IMG/VR virus record: IMGVR_UViG_3300045988_132434
Span: 1-64,000 of that record
From: a virus
Strand: one strand, 5' to 3'
DNA length: 64,000 bases
Below are positions 46,211-54,709 of this stretch, one piece after another. Each line of letters begins with the position of its first letter. The stretch's first letter is position 1. Position numbers and translations under genes: made by a program. The notes below the pieces were generated by a model. The model made no database searches. It was not told the origin of the DNA and saw nothing but the letters and a program-made list of their open reading frames with translations.

Positions 46211-46221
46211 AGTCTATAATG

Positions 46222-46992
46222 TTAATATTTGCTATATCTATAGTAATCACTAACGTCTTCAATGTATTTTTCTATAACGTCAAACGGCTGTTCCCAGGAC
46301 ATTCGGCGCATGATGTCTTTCAGGTCTTTGCACAAGGTTTCTTTGTCGCACGCTTCTTCCGCTTCTTCGGCAGACATAAGCATCTCGTGGAGTATTTGGT
46401 GAGGATAGTAATCCGCCATCTGGTCAGCCGGTACCAACATACTCTCATCGTGGCAATCTGCTGTTGCTGTCACTTCGTACAGGTCCAGGAAGTCCATAGT
46501 GCCTCCGATACCGTTTCCGTTGTAGCGGAACTCCACAACAATCGCACCTGTTATATCCTTATACGTATAGTCCACGTCTATGCAATCGTCCCAGTCGAAG
46601 TCCTTGACGTTGATAATGTCCTTGATGCTGTCGTCAACGCTGTTACAGATCAGTGTGCCAGTCGGCAGACATAGTGATACCCGTGCGTTGAAGTCGTCCT
46701 CGTCGATTTTGTTCTGAAGGTGCGCAGTCTGTTCTTCGAGGTCTTTTTTTGCTGTCGTTTCGTCAAGGTAAAAGAACTGTGCATCTTCCAGTCGCTCCGT
46801 GACATTATAATCTGCGTCCAAATAGTCGCCTTCTAACTCGTTGTCGTCTGTGATGAAGCATGTTGTTGCGTGGATATAGTAAGCATCAAATGTCTTCCCC
46901 TGATTGGCTTTCAGAAACTCGCAAAGTTCTTTCGCGCTGAAACGCTTATGCAGTATATCGCTCGATAATGTGTGATTATATGTAGCTGTCAT
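46222..46992 (-). CDS. hypothetical acidic protein
   Basis: Internal ATG directly after the 38-nt element. Confidence 0.5.
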   Translation of the reverse strand: MTATYNHTLSSDILHKRFSAKELCEFLKANQGKTFDAYYIHATTCFITDDNELEGDYLDADYNVTERLEDAQFFYLDETTAKKDLEEQTAHLQNKIDEDDFNARVSLCLPTGTLICNSVDDSIKDIINVKDFDWDDCIDVDYTYKDITGAIVVEFRYNGNGIGGTMDFLDLYEVTATADCHDESMLVPADQMADYYPHQILHEMLMSAEEAEEACDKETLCKDLKDIMRRMSWEQPFDVIEKYIEDVSDYYRYSKY

Positions 46993-47030
46993 AACGTAGT
47001 GACTTGACCGTGGTGTCGAGGGCTGAATGA
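46993..47030 (-). promoter_or_regulatory. conserved 38-nt intergenic element, copy A
   Basis: Minus strand reads TCATTCAGCCCTCGACACCACGGTCAAGTCACTACGTT followed by ATG. Confidence 0.6.
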
Positions 47031-47032
47031 TT

Positions 47033-47350
47033 TTACAATTCAAACAAAATTCTTGGGATTCCATTGAATAAAACAGGCGACTCCTTCCAGTCTATTGTGA
47101 CCCAGTTGTTATAGTCCGCAATCTCTATCTCGTTGGTGGGAAAACCACCCTGCCAGTCGTTGAGGAAATATGCCGTGCCGTCTTCATAGCAAACAAATGA
47201 TGTTCTGCAAGACTCAGATGATACCAGGACGAGATAAGCACCTTCTTCGCTGAGTGACTGTATGTCGTCAATGGTGTACTCTACATGCTCTCCTGAGCAA
47301 TTATATTCTGCCTGCTCTATGAGCCGCTTTGCCAGTTCTTTCGTAATCAT
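47033..47350 (-). CDS. hypothetical protein
   Basis: 105 aa ORF. Confidence 0.5.
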   Translation of the reverse strand: MITKELAKRLIEQAEYNCSGEHVEYTIDDIQSLSEEGAYLVLVSSESCRTSFVCYEDGTAYFLNDWQGGFPTNEIEIADYNNWVTIDWKESPVLFNGIPRILFEL

Positions 47351-47362
47351 AGTTGTTCCAGT

Positions 47363-47779
47363 TTATTTTCCAAAAATATCTTTCATATACTCATCGTTCT
47401 GTAAACTCACCTGCTCTGATGTAAGTTCTATATCAGATTCCGCACTAAACGGATCAATGCCTTCAACGACCTTATATAAAGGTCCAACAAAAACCCTAAA
47501 GGCGTCTTCGTCGCTACTTGCTGTTATGTGGCATATCACATAATAGGTTCCGTTCTTGTCGGTACATTCCAACCTTACAGACCTCAGAACCCTTCCGTCT
47601 GGATTTTCTCTAACCGATATACCAATATTCTCAAGTGTCTCTATCACCTTGTATCTTATCTCGATGGGGTATCGCAGGAGATTGGGCGCATGATGCACTA
47701 TGCTGTCGAAGTCCACATATCCCTTTATCAGTTTCGCAAGCTGATCATCTGTCAGCGTAAGAACACAGCGTTTTTTCAT
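47363..47779 (-). CDS. hypothetical protein
   Basis: 138 aa ORF. Confidence 0.5.
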   Translation of the reverse strand: MKKRCVLTLTDDQLAKLIKGYVDFDSIVHHAPNLLRYPIEIRYKVIETLENIGISVRENPDGRVLRSVRLECTDKNGTYYVICHITASSDEDAFRVFVGPLYKVVEGIDPFSAESDIELTSEQVSLQNDEYMKDIFGK

Positions 47780-47817
47780 AACATAGTGACTTGACCGTGG
47801 TGTCGAGGGCTGAATAG
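47780..47817 (-). promoter_or_regulatory. conserved 38-nt intergenic element, copy B
   Basis: CTATTCAGCCCTCGACACCACGGTCAAGTCACTATGTT followed by ATG. Confidence 0.6.
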
Positions 47818-47820
47818 GTT

Positions 47821-48057
47821 TTACTCAGGTAGATAGTTATAATTGTCGTTCAGATAATTCTTCAACTCGTCAATTTGCTCTGTTGAAGGTTCATCGCCAT
47901 CAAGTTCTGAATCATCGAACATATCAAACCAACCACAATCCGCATTCTCGGATATTGTAATGATGTAGTCTGCGATAGACTTATATCCACCATCCTTTAT
48001 ATACTGAGCGTTGTCATGCGCAATGCTCTGTACGTATGTATCAATAGATTTCCTCAT
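47821..48057 (-). CDS. hypothetical acidic protein
   Basis: 78 aa ORF. Confidence 0.5.
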   Translation of the reverse strand: MRKSIDTYVQSIAHDNAQYIKDGGYKSIADYIITISENADCGWFDMFDDSELDGDEPSTEQIDELKNYLNDNYNYLPE

Positions 48058-48120
48058 AATTTTAATTTGTTAATTTTGTTAAATGTTGTTATTGAATTAT
48101 TGTTCAAGCGGAAAATCCAC

Positions 48121-48300
48121 TATCTTTGCACTTGTCTTCGGAGAACTTTTAATCGTACCATTATGGAATTGAAAGAAAAAACAACTTCCGTTGACCGTCA
48201 ATTCTTCGGAATTGTGGATTCAAACGCTCACAAGAGCAAATTTCTACTATCGTAGATTCGAACCAGATGGCTCGCGTAGCCCGGCTTAGGTCGGGCTTTT
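48121..48300 (+). ncRNA. antisense-oriented promoter / short transcript (30-aa sORF or sRNA) / terminator module
   Basis: TATCTTTG at 48121-48128. sORF at 48164-48255 (MELKEKTTSVDRQFFGIVDSNAHKSKFLLS). UUCG-capped hairpin CAATTC-TTCG-GAATTG. Terminator AGCCCG-GCTTAGGT-CGGGCT followed by TTTTTATT. Confidence 0.4.
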
Positions 48301-48878
48301 TATTCCTCCTCTTCCATATCTTCCTCCTCGTTATCCAGGTTCTGATAATCGTCACTGTGATCAATCAAATCATCAAGAGCTGCCTTGAAGCTATATTCTT
48401 TCATCGCATAATATGCATCATCAAAATTTAAGTCGTCATATTCATCAAAAGAACGCCAAATGTCGGGCGATTTTAAAATACCACCATCAGGGTCAATTTT
48501 GAAATTAAACCAATAACTATCTTTCTTGGCACCCATAAAGCTTATCTCATAGTCGCGATAATCTAATGCTATATAGCTTATCTCGTTTAAGAACTTAATA
48601 CCTTCAGAATCGCCTGCTACTGCATAAATTTTACCATCCTCGCCTAAGCGTAAGTCAAACCATGCTTTTTCTTCATTAGGTTTATACCATGCAGCAAAAT
48701 CATCAGAAGAGTACCTAAAATAATCGAAATATGCCAAGACTTTATCATTTATCCAATCTTCATCAAAAAAGTCCTTTCCGAACTTTGAATATTTAGAGTC
48801 AGCTAATGGCAATCTTACGCTTAACAAACATTGAAGGTTATGATTTAGCCCATCCATAATCATATCGAATTTATTCAT
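48300..48878 (-). CDS. hypothetical very acidic protein (ends NEEEDMEEEE)
   Basis: ATG at 48878. Confidence 0.5.
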   Translation of the reverse strand: MNKFDMIMDGLNHNLQCLLSVRLPLADSKYSKFGKDFFDEDWINDKVLAYFDYFRYSSDDFAAWYKPNEEKAWFDLRLGEDGKIYAVAGDSEGIKFLNEISYIALDYRDYEISFMGAKKDSYWFNFKIDPDGGILKSPDIWRSFDEYDDLNFDDAYYAMKEYSFKAALDDLIDHSDDYQNLDNEEEDMEEEE

Positions 48879-48916
48879 ACTCAATGACTTGACCGTGATG
48901 TCGAGGGCTGAATGAT
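48879..48916 (-). promoter_or_regulatory. conserved 38-nt intergenic element, copy C
   Basis: TCATTCAGCCCTCGACATCACGGTCAAGTCATTGAGT followed by ATG. Confidence 0.6.
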
Positions 48917-48958
48917 TATTATATAGATTCTGTAGTTTTTCAGAGGCTCTATAAGTGA

Positions 48959-49600
48959 TTATTTTTCATCTTCCTCTTCCTCTTCATCGCTGAACCACTG
49001 ATATATCTTCATGTTATCAATGATCTCGTCGATAGACTCTGAGATAAAGCCTTTTTCCTCCAGCCGCACACGCACCTCGTCCTCTTCATCCTCAGTGTAT
49101 TCATCGAAGTTGCCGCGCATTAAGGTGGTGCAGCCTTCCTGGGTAAACACCTCCATGTTGGAAGGATATACCTTTATATTGGTTGCCATCAACTTGCCGA
49201 GTGCGTGGCAAGCGTATGCCAGTACAGGCTTCTCTACATGCCCACCACGCTCCGCGGTGTCAAGTATCAGCTGATACTCATCATCGTCACAATCTTCAAG
49301 ATAGCGCACGATGTCGGTGTCATATTCTGAATCCCAATCAAGTGTTCCGGTCTCCGCTTCTATCTGGTCGCGTCCAGACAGGATAACATTACCACCGCTA
49401 TCCACCAACTGCCAATCGCTATCCGGCAGTGGATTGCCGTTCTCGTCCTCACTAAAGACAATGGAGTCGCCGAAGCAATCCGACAAGTCGTTCACTGTGC
49501 CGACATAAATTTTGTTACCTGCATTGTGGAATTGTCCGCCACGTCCAATGTGGAAACGTACCTTCATGCTCTGAGCTTCTTCTAAGATTGTTGTATTCAT
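48959..49600 (-). CDS. hypothetical very acidic protein (ends SDEEEEEDEK)
   Basis: ATG at 49600. Confidence 0.5.
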   Translation of the reverse strand: MNTTILEEAQSMKVRFHIGRGGQFHNAGNKIYVGTVNDLSDCFGDSIVFSEDENGNPLPDSDWQLVDSGGNVILSGRDQIEAETGTLDWDSEYDTDIVRYLEDCDDDEYQLILDTAERGGHVEKPVLAYACHALGKLMATNIKVYPSNMEVFTQEGCTTLMRGNFDEYTEDEEDEVRVRLEEKGFISESIDEIIDNMKIYQWFSDEEEEEDEK

Positions 49601-49669
49601 AATTATTTGCCGCTTATAGGTTGCCGCCCTGTTCTGAATGGTTCTACTATTCGTTTCTTTTATCTGACG

Positions 49670-49677
49670 CAAAGGTA
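49670..49677 (-). promoter_or_regulatory. -7 box TACCTTTG (minus strand)
   Basis: CAAAGGTA on the plus strand, 70 nt upstream of the ATG at 49600. Confidence 0.5.
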
Positions 49678-49950
49678 GTACTTTTATTTGAAACTATCAA
49701 ATAAATGACGCATTATTTCATGATTATTGCGTATTTTATTATTTTCTTTACATTCTTCTGTCATATTCCACAGGTTCACGGATTTCTCTGTCTGTCTTCC
49801 GTGTCGTCCGTGGTTTTTCACGTTGTCACTCCTTCGGGTGTCGATCCCTCGCAAGCCAGCCGTGGGGAGTGGTGGCGGCTGTTCGCTATCCTCACGGACG
49901 GCAAATCAGCCTAAAAACAAAATACAAAATACTTTAGATTATCAAAAATA

Positions 49951-49981
49951 GTTCCCGTCGGCGGAGTCGAACCACCGTTTG
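49951..49981 (-). other. tRNA 3'-end-like fragment (T arm plus acceptor strand only)
   Basis: Minus strand reads CAAAC-GGTGG-TTCGACT-CCGCC-GACGGGA-A. No matching 5' acceptor strand, D arm or anticodon arm lies upstream. Confidence 0.35.
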
Positions 49982-50207
49982 AGCCGTGCCGAGCGCGGGA
50001 TGGGGTGGGGGTGTCAGTTGGCAGAGTCACCATCTGACTTGTCGTTGTCTGGTGCGCTGCGCAGCTTCTCCAAGGCCATTTGTCGCAAGATGTGTGCGTA
50101 CATCCTCGCACAGGTTGACACGAGTCCTGGAACTTCTGAACCAGCTCCTGAATCTTCAGCGTTTTTTCTTTGTTCATAGTCTTCTGTTTTTTTATATGGT
50201 TCAATAA

Positions 50208-50834
50208 TTAAGCCATTACAACCTCCTTCATGTAGGCTGTGATGTCTATGCCGTCGCAGATACACCCGTATGCCTCGTGTTCAATATTCACGTTTGCTCC
50301 TATCCTGATAAACTCTGCCTTGACTATATAATAGAGCATATAGAACAGATAGGCGGGTTGGCGGATTTCTTGATCGTCGAACAATCGGCTGGGCCACTGG
50401 TCGATGTCATTTGATAAATACGAGATGAAGCCATCGCGGCTCGTGTGATTCTCCTTGATCCATTTAGCCAACAGTTCACGGTGTTTTTCTATCTTCGCTA
50501 TAATAGCATCTTCCGCAGCCTGTGTCAGTTGGATTTTCACACGGCATCGGTCGGTTTCCCACGCTGTGTAATATTGTGGTCTCACAACTTCCAGGAACTC
50601 CAGTTGTATGTCGTCACTGATGAACTCCCGCAGCCAGAGCTCCCACACCTGCGTATAGTTCTTGCAAATATCGTGCCGATATTCCTGGTAGTCAAAGGTA
50701 AAGTCAATATCTTCCTCCTGTCCCGTCCGCTCACATTCGTAGTATATTTCCGCGTCTGGCTCCCAGATCGAATCGTAAAATCCCGCAAAGCTCTGCAAGC
50801 AGCCTATTGTTTCATTTTTGAATATATTTGCCAT
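50208..50834 (-). CDS. hypothetical acidic protein
   Basis: 208 aa ORF. Confidence 0.5.
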   Translation of the reverse strand: MANIFKNETIGCLQSFAGFYDSIWEPDAEIYYECERTGQEEDIDFTFDYQEYRHDICKNYTQVWELWLREFISDDIQLEFLEVVRPQYYTAWETDRCRVKIQLTQAAEDAIIAKIEKHRELLAKWIKENHTSRDGFISYLSNDIDQWPSRLFDDQEIRQPAYLFYMLYYIVKAEFIRIGANVNIEHEAYGCICDGIDITAYMKEVVMA

Positions 50835-50870
50835 AATTCAGTCGTTTTTTTTAGGCAGTATAATATAGTA

Positions 50871-51158
50871 TTATCTAAGCTCGGACAATTCCAGGTGCCC
50901 ATATATTAGCTTGTCCTGCAGATCACGCAAGAAGGTTGTGGCACATTCTCTCTTTTCATCCTCCTTGAACGTCAGAATCTGTTCCTCGCGCGACATACTT
51001 TCATCTTCATACGCGAATGTGCCGTCTTTAATGCCTTCTATAATGGTCTTATATAGTCGGCGGCAACTGGCCTTTATTGTCGCCCATGTGCCGTAAAGCT
51101 GAAAGGAGGCGTAAGACTTCCATTCGTCGCAGGTGTTTAGTATTATAATTCTTGCCAT
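50871..51158 (-). CDS. hypothetical protein, paralog of 51511-51795
   Basis: Shares ILNTCDE.KS..SF.LYG.WA..KA..RRL...II.GI....F.YED and KLIYG..EL.E.R. Confidence 0.55.
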   Translation of the reverse strand: MARIIILNTCDEWKSYASFQLYGTWATIKASCRRLYKTIIEGIKDGTFAYEDESMSREEQILTFKEDEKRECATTFLRDLQDKLIYGHLELSELR

Positions 51159-51194
51159 AATTTTTTGTCGTTTTTTATAGGTTCTATAATATAT

Positions 51195-51464
51195 TTAATA
51201 TAATATCTCGTTGTCCGCTGTAAGGATGATCTCTCGCGGATAAGAGTCGGGGCGTACCTCGCAACGTTCTGCAAACTTCCAGAGGTCGCCGCACTGTCGC
51301 TCATAGACCAACACACCCGCCGACTTTCTGAATGTGCGTGCCGCGGTCGTCATACCGCATTTCGCTGCCGTCATTTCCTGCGGAGTGCTCCACCATTTAG
51401 CTATAATCTTCAAGATCTTGCCACCGACACAAAGCAGGTAGGTGTATTCTTTTCTATTGTCCAT
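51195..51464 (-). CDS. hypothetical protein
   Basis: ATG at 51464. Confidence 0.45.
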   Translation of the reverse strand: MDNRKEYTYLLCVGGKILKIIAKWWSTPQEMTAAKCGMTTAARTFRKSAGVLVYERQCGDLWKFAERCEVRPDSYPREIILTADNEILY

Positions 51465-51510
51465 AACTCCAAACAATTCTATAAAGTATTAAAATGTCAA
51501 TTCTTCGTTA

Positions 51511-51795
51511 TTACCGAATCTCCACCAACTCGATTGATCCGTAAATCAATTTACTCTGCAAAAGAGAATAAAAGGTGTTGCAATCTGTTTTTGCGTCTTC
51601 ACGCAAACTTTCTATTTGTTTCGCTATATCCATATACTTGTCTTCATACGAAAAATAGTATTTTTCAATGCCTGCAATAATAGCATTAACAAGGCGACGA
51701 GTTCCGGCCTTGGAAGATGCCCAGATGCCGTAAAGATGAAATGAACTCCACGATTTCCGTTCGTCGCAAGTGTTTAATATATATACTCGTTTCAT
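51511..51795 (-). CDS. hypothetical protein, paralog of 50871-51158
   Basis: See the paralog entry. Confidence 0.55.
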   Translation of the reverse strand: MKRVYILNTCDERKSWSSFHLYGIWASSKAGTRRLVNAIIAGIEKYYFSYEDKYMDIAKQIESLREDAKTDCNTFYSLLQSKLIYGSIELVEIR

Positions 51796-51801
51796 AATTC
51801 C

Positions 51802-52155
51802 TCAATATTTTATAGGGTCTATAATATTCGTCTTATACCACACCGCCGCCTGTGCCATCGTGTCCTTCAATGCCTCGATGAACTGCATGTAGTTGTTCTG
51901 GTTGATGGTGATATATCGTTCCGGGTGTTGTCCGTCATGGTCGCCGCTTGTCAGGTGGATGACGCAGAATGTACGGTCGGTGTCGTGATAGGCTACAAAA
52001 CCTCGTTGCTCCAAAACTGCCACTGTGCGGTCGAAGCCTGCCGGAGTGGTAGGTATTACCTGCAACACGCTCCAGGGGTATTCCTGAGCCGTGAGGAGCG
52101 TGTGTCCTTCCTGCTGACTGAGCAGGAAGGAATGAATTGTTCTTGATGCTATCAT
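51802..52155 (-). CDS. hypothetical protein
   Basis: 117 aa ORF. Confidence 0.5.
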   Translation of the reverse strand: MIASRTIHSFLLSQQEGHTLLTAQEYPWSVLQVIPTTPAGFDRTVAVLEQRGFVAYHDTDRTFCVIHLTSGDHDGQHPERYITINQNNYMQFIEALKDTMAQAAVWYKTNIIDPIKY

Positions 52156-52574
52156 ACTGCAAAGTTAAGCAAAAGTTGACGGGTATCTACTTCTTGACGA
52201 CGATATTTTTTTCTGCTCGCCTTCATGCGATCTTCTCGCATAATAGCATCCAGACGCTGCTGTTCTGCCTCGATGTGCTGTTCCTCTTCCTTGGTAAGCG
52301 GGGGGAAAACAAAAGACTCAAGGGCTTTTTTGAAGCGGTACTCGCTTACTTGCTCGTCGCCAATAAAGCAGTCCACACTCTGGTATGATCCATGACGAAG
52401 ACGCACCTTGCCGCCTTTCCATGTCATATTGCCTATAGTGTAGCTCTTGTAATACCACAACAGACTATGATTAGTCAAGCCCCATGTTTTATCCCAATGT
52501 GCAGCGGCACTGGCGCTGTTATCGTAATAATTTTCTCTTCTTTGCGCTTCGCGCTTAAATTCTTGTAAAGTCAT
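52152..52574 (-). CDS. hypothetical protein
   Basis: 140 aa ORF. Confidence 0.5.
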   Translation of the reverse strand: MTLQEFKREAQRRENYYDNSASAAAHWDKTWGLTNHSLLWYYKSYTIGNMTWKGGKVRLRHGSYQSVDCFIGDEQVSEYRFKKALESFVFPPLTKEEEQHIEAEQQRLDAIMREDRMKASRKKYRRQEVDTRQLLLNFAV

Positions 52575-52629
52575 AATCCTTAGTATTTTAGATGTTCGAT
52601 AATAGGGGATGTCTAATTCCCGTGATGCC

Positions 52630-53307
52630 TTATTTCTCCTCCTTCGCTAATATTTTTCTCACGCTATAATAAGGCGTGTTAAACGGATATTTCACTTCGT
52701 TGACGACGTACACCACGGACGGCTCCGTCATGCGCAATGTGTCTCGACACTCCACGCGGCCATACATGCCATGTGCCATGAAGTTCAGGGCGCACATCTT
52801 GCAGACAATAGAATCGCTGTCTTGTGCCACATACTCGAAGCGACGGCCGGCTGAATGGTCCAGTCTGCTCTTCTCCATATAGTGAGCCAGGAGCAAACGT
52901 CCGCTACCTGCTGCGCAGTCATTCACCTTGCCGTGGTCGCCGGCTCCCAGACCGCTGATCTGTGCCATAAGGTCCGATACGCTCTGAGGCGTGAAGAACT
53001 GGCCCGTCTTCGATGCCTTGCCACGGCTCAGATACATTTCTTCATACAGGATGCCGAACACGTCCAGCCACTGGCCATGCTCCATCGCCGTTTTTACGTC
53101 GTTGAGCCACAGAAGAGCAAGATCGGCAAAGGTGGGATTCTTTTGTGTGCAGTTTAAGAAATGCTGACCGGTTGTACCAGTCTTAAAAGCATCAATATTG
53201 AAAAACTCTATAAGATAGTCGCAGAAGTCGCTCAGGGCCATTTCCTGCGGTCTGCTGTGCTTGTTTGCCTGTTCGGTCAATACGTCGATATATTTCTTTT
53301 TATCCAT
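52630..53307 (-). CDS. HsdM/N6_Mtase-like SAM-binding protein lacking the NPPF/Y catalytic motif
   Basis: GQFFTPQSVSDLMAQI, VNDCAAGSGRLLL and YVAQDSDSIVCKMCALNFMAHG. The ORF stops before where NPPF/Y would lie. Confidence 0.55.
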   Translation of the reverse strand: MDKKKYIDVLTEQANKHSRPQEMALSDFCDYLIEFFNIDAFKTGTTGQHFLNCTQKNPTFADLALLWLNDVKTAMEHGQWLDVFGILYEEMYLSRGKASKTGQFFTPQSVSDLMAQISGLGAGDHGKVNDCAAGSGRLLLAHYMEKSRLDHSAGRRFEYVAQDSDSIVCKMCALNFMAHGMYGRVECRDTLRMTEPSVVYVVNEVKYPFNTPYYSVRKILAKEEK

Positions 53308-53379
53308 GATTTTCTCAATTTTTAATGTGTTCTATAATAGGGGCTGCCCTGCTGCCAGGTGCAGCCCGTGAATGTTGAT

Positions 53380-54195
53380 TTAATAGCCCTTCCAAAAGTA
53401 GGAGTGATGGCTATACTGGCTTAACGCCTTTTCTTTTGCGAACTCGCGGATCTCGTAGTCGTAGCCTTCCATTTCTTTCATTATCGCCTCCGCCTTACGT
53501 GCCAGTCGCAAATAGGCTGCGTACTTCTTCTTTGAAGCCTTCAGGCTCTCGATTTGGGCAAGTCGGCCGTTTTTGTAAAACTCTATAACTGCAACCGCTT
53601 TTCCTGCCTCCAGACGGTCGCCCGTGTTCCACTGCCAGTCGTTAGGATTCACTTCCTTCTTCTTGCCGGTGTAGCGGTTGATGCCGTGGCTCCAGTCGGC
53701 GGATATTGAGACGTTAGGACAATATTCTGTAATACGGTAATAGTCGCTGCAATTCAGCTTGAAACGGTATTCACCGAACGTGCTATAAAAGCCCGTAGCT
53801 TCATGTATGGCATCATGGAAGCGTTTATTCAGCACCTTGCCATCGAACTGTCTGCACACCTGAATAAGTCCGTCCAGGGCTTTAATTTCGAGCTGTCTGC
53901 GCTCGATCAATGCGTCAACGTGCTTTCCGTACTCCTTCACCTCGTTGGCCTTCTTATCGGCTTCATGCTTTTTAGCAGCCGCCATAAAGTCGTCCTTCGT
54001 GCCGATACTGTAGGCTTCTTCCTCTCTGCCTTGCTCACGGCAAAACTGGTGGTGCAAATCTATATACTTCTGCGCATCGTCCTTGGTGGCAAAGTATCGC
54101 AAACCGTCCAGGCTTTCATACTTCCATACACATACGTTGCCGTCGTTGCAAATCAATTTCGTTGCTTCAAAAAGAATCTGATTCATATTTCTCAT
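53380..54195 (-). CDS. hypothetical protein
   Basis: ATG at 54195, just after the promoter-like motif. Confidence 0.5.
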   Translation of the reverse strand: MRNMNQILFEATKLICNDGNVCVWKYESLDGLRYFATKDDAQKYIDLHHQFCREQGREEEAYSIGTKDDFMAAAKKHEADKKANEVKEYGKHVDALIERRQLEIKALDGLIQVCRQFDGKVLNKRFHDAIHEATGFYSTFGEYRFKLNCSDYYRITEYCPNVSISADWSHGINRYTGKKKEVNPNDWQWNTGDRLEAGKAVAVIEFYKNGRLAQIESLKASKKKYAAYLRLARKAEAIMKEMEGYDYEIREFAKEKALSQYSHHSYFWKGY

Positions 54196-54256
54196 TTTTT
54201 TACGTGTTCTATAATAGTGGGGCACCTGCTGCCAGGTGCAGCCCCGTGATTGATGA

Positions 54257-54652
54257 TTAGTAAGACAATACCGCTATACGGTAGTACTCCGTATCTCCGT
54301 CGTTGTCTGGTATGTTGGCAATACACAGATCGCCCGTGGGTGCCTCGTAGATATACGAGCTACCTATAATATCATGCACCGTAAACTCGCCCCGTTGCTG
54401 GCTGTGTTCGCCACTGTTGGCAATACACGTGATACCGTTGTGATAGCCTCCAGCCGGTGCAGGGAAGTCCCCACCTACCATCCTATCCTGAAGGAAGCGC
54501 AACGAATAGCGGCCCGCCTCCTTGCTGTGCTGTTTGAGTACCTGAGCCAGGAGTCGCTTCGCCTCCTTCCATCGTGCCTCGTTGAACATGTCTCGACGTT
54601 GTGGGAGATACTGTGTATCATTCGTCACATTAAACAAAACTATCTGTGCCAT
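54257..54652 (-). CDS. hypothetical protein
   Basis: 131 aa ORF. Confidence 0.5.
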   Translation of the reverse strand: MAQIVLFNVTNDTQYLPQRRDMFNEARWKEAKRLLAQVLKQHSKEAGRYSLRFLQDRMVGGDFPAPAGGYHNGITCIANSGEHSQQRGEFTVHDIIGSSYIYEAPTGDLCIANIPDNDGDTEYYRIAVLSY

Positions 54653-54709
54653 ATCTGTAAAAATTAAAAAATTGGTGATGTTTATATCTGCCTATAATAG
54701 GCGTTTTTG

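Noticed and set aside
48240-48275. GTAGATTCGAACC, which reads as a T-loop-like GGTTCGAATC on the minus strand and suggested a tRNA.
   Set aside because: The flanking bases give only a 3-bp T stem, and no acceptor, D or anticodon stems can be drawn on either strand.
49911-50265. Two overlapping minus ORFs (97 and 83 aa) downstream of gene 50208-50834.
   Set aside because: Neither frame is convincing throughout. One starts plausibly (MNKEKTLKIQELVQKFQ) and then turns Cys/Trp/Thr-rich. The other is plausible only at its end (MYAHILRQMALEKLR...). This may be a frameshifted small gene or noncoding sequence, so I have not called it.
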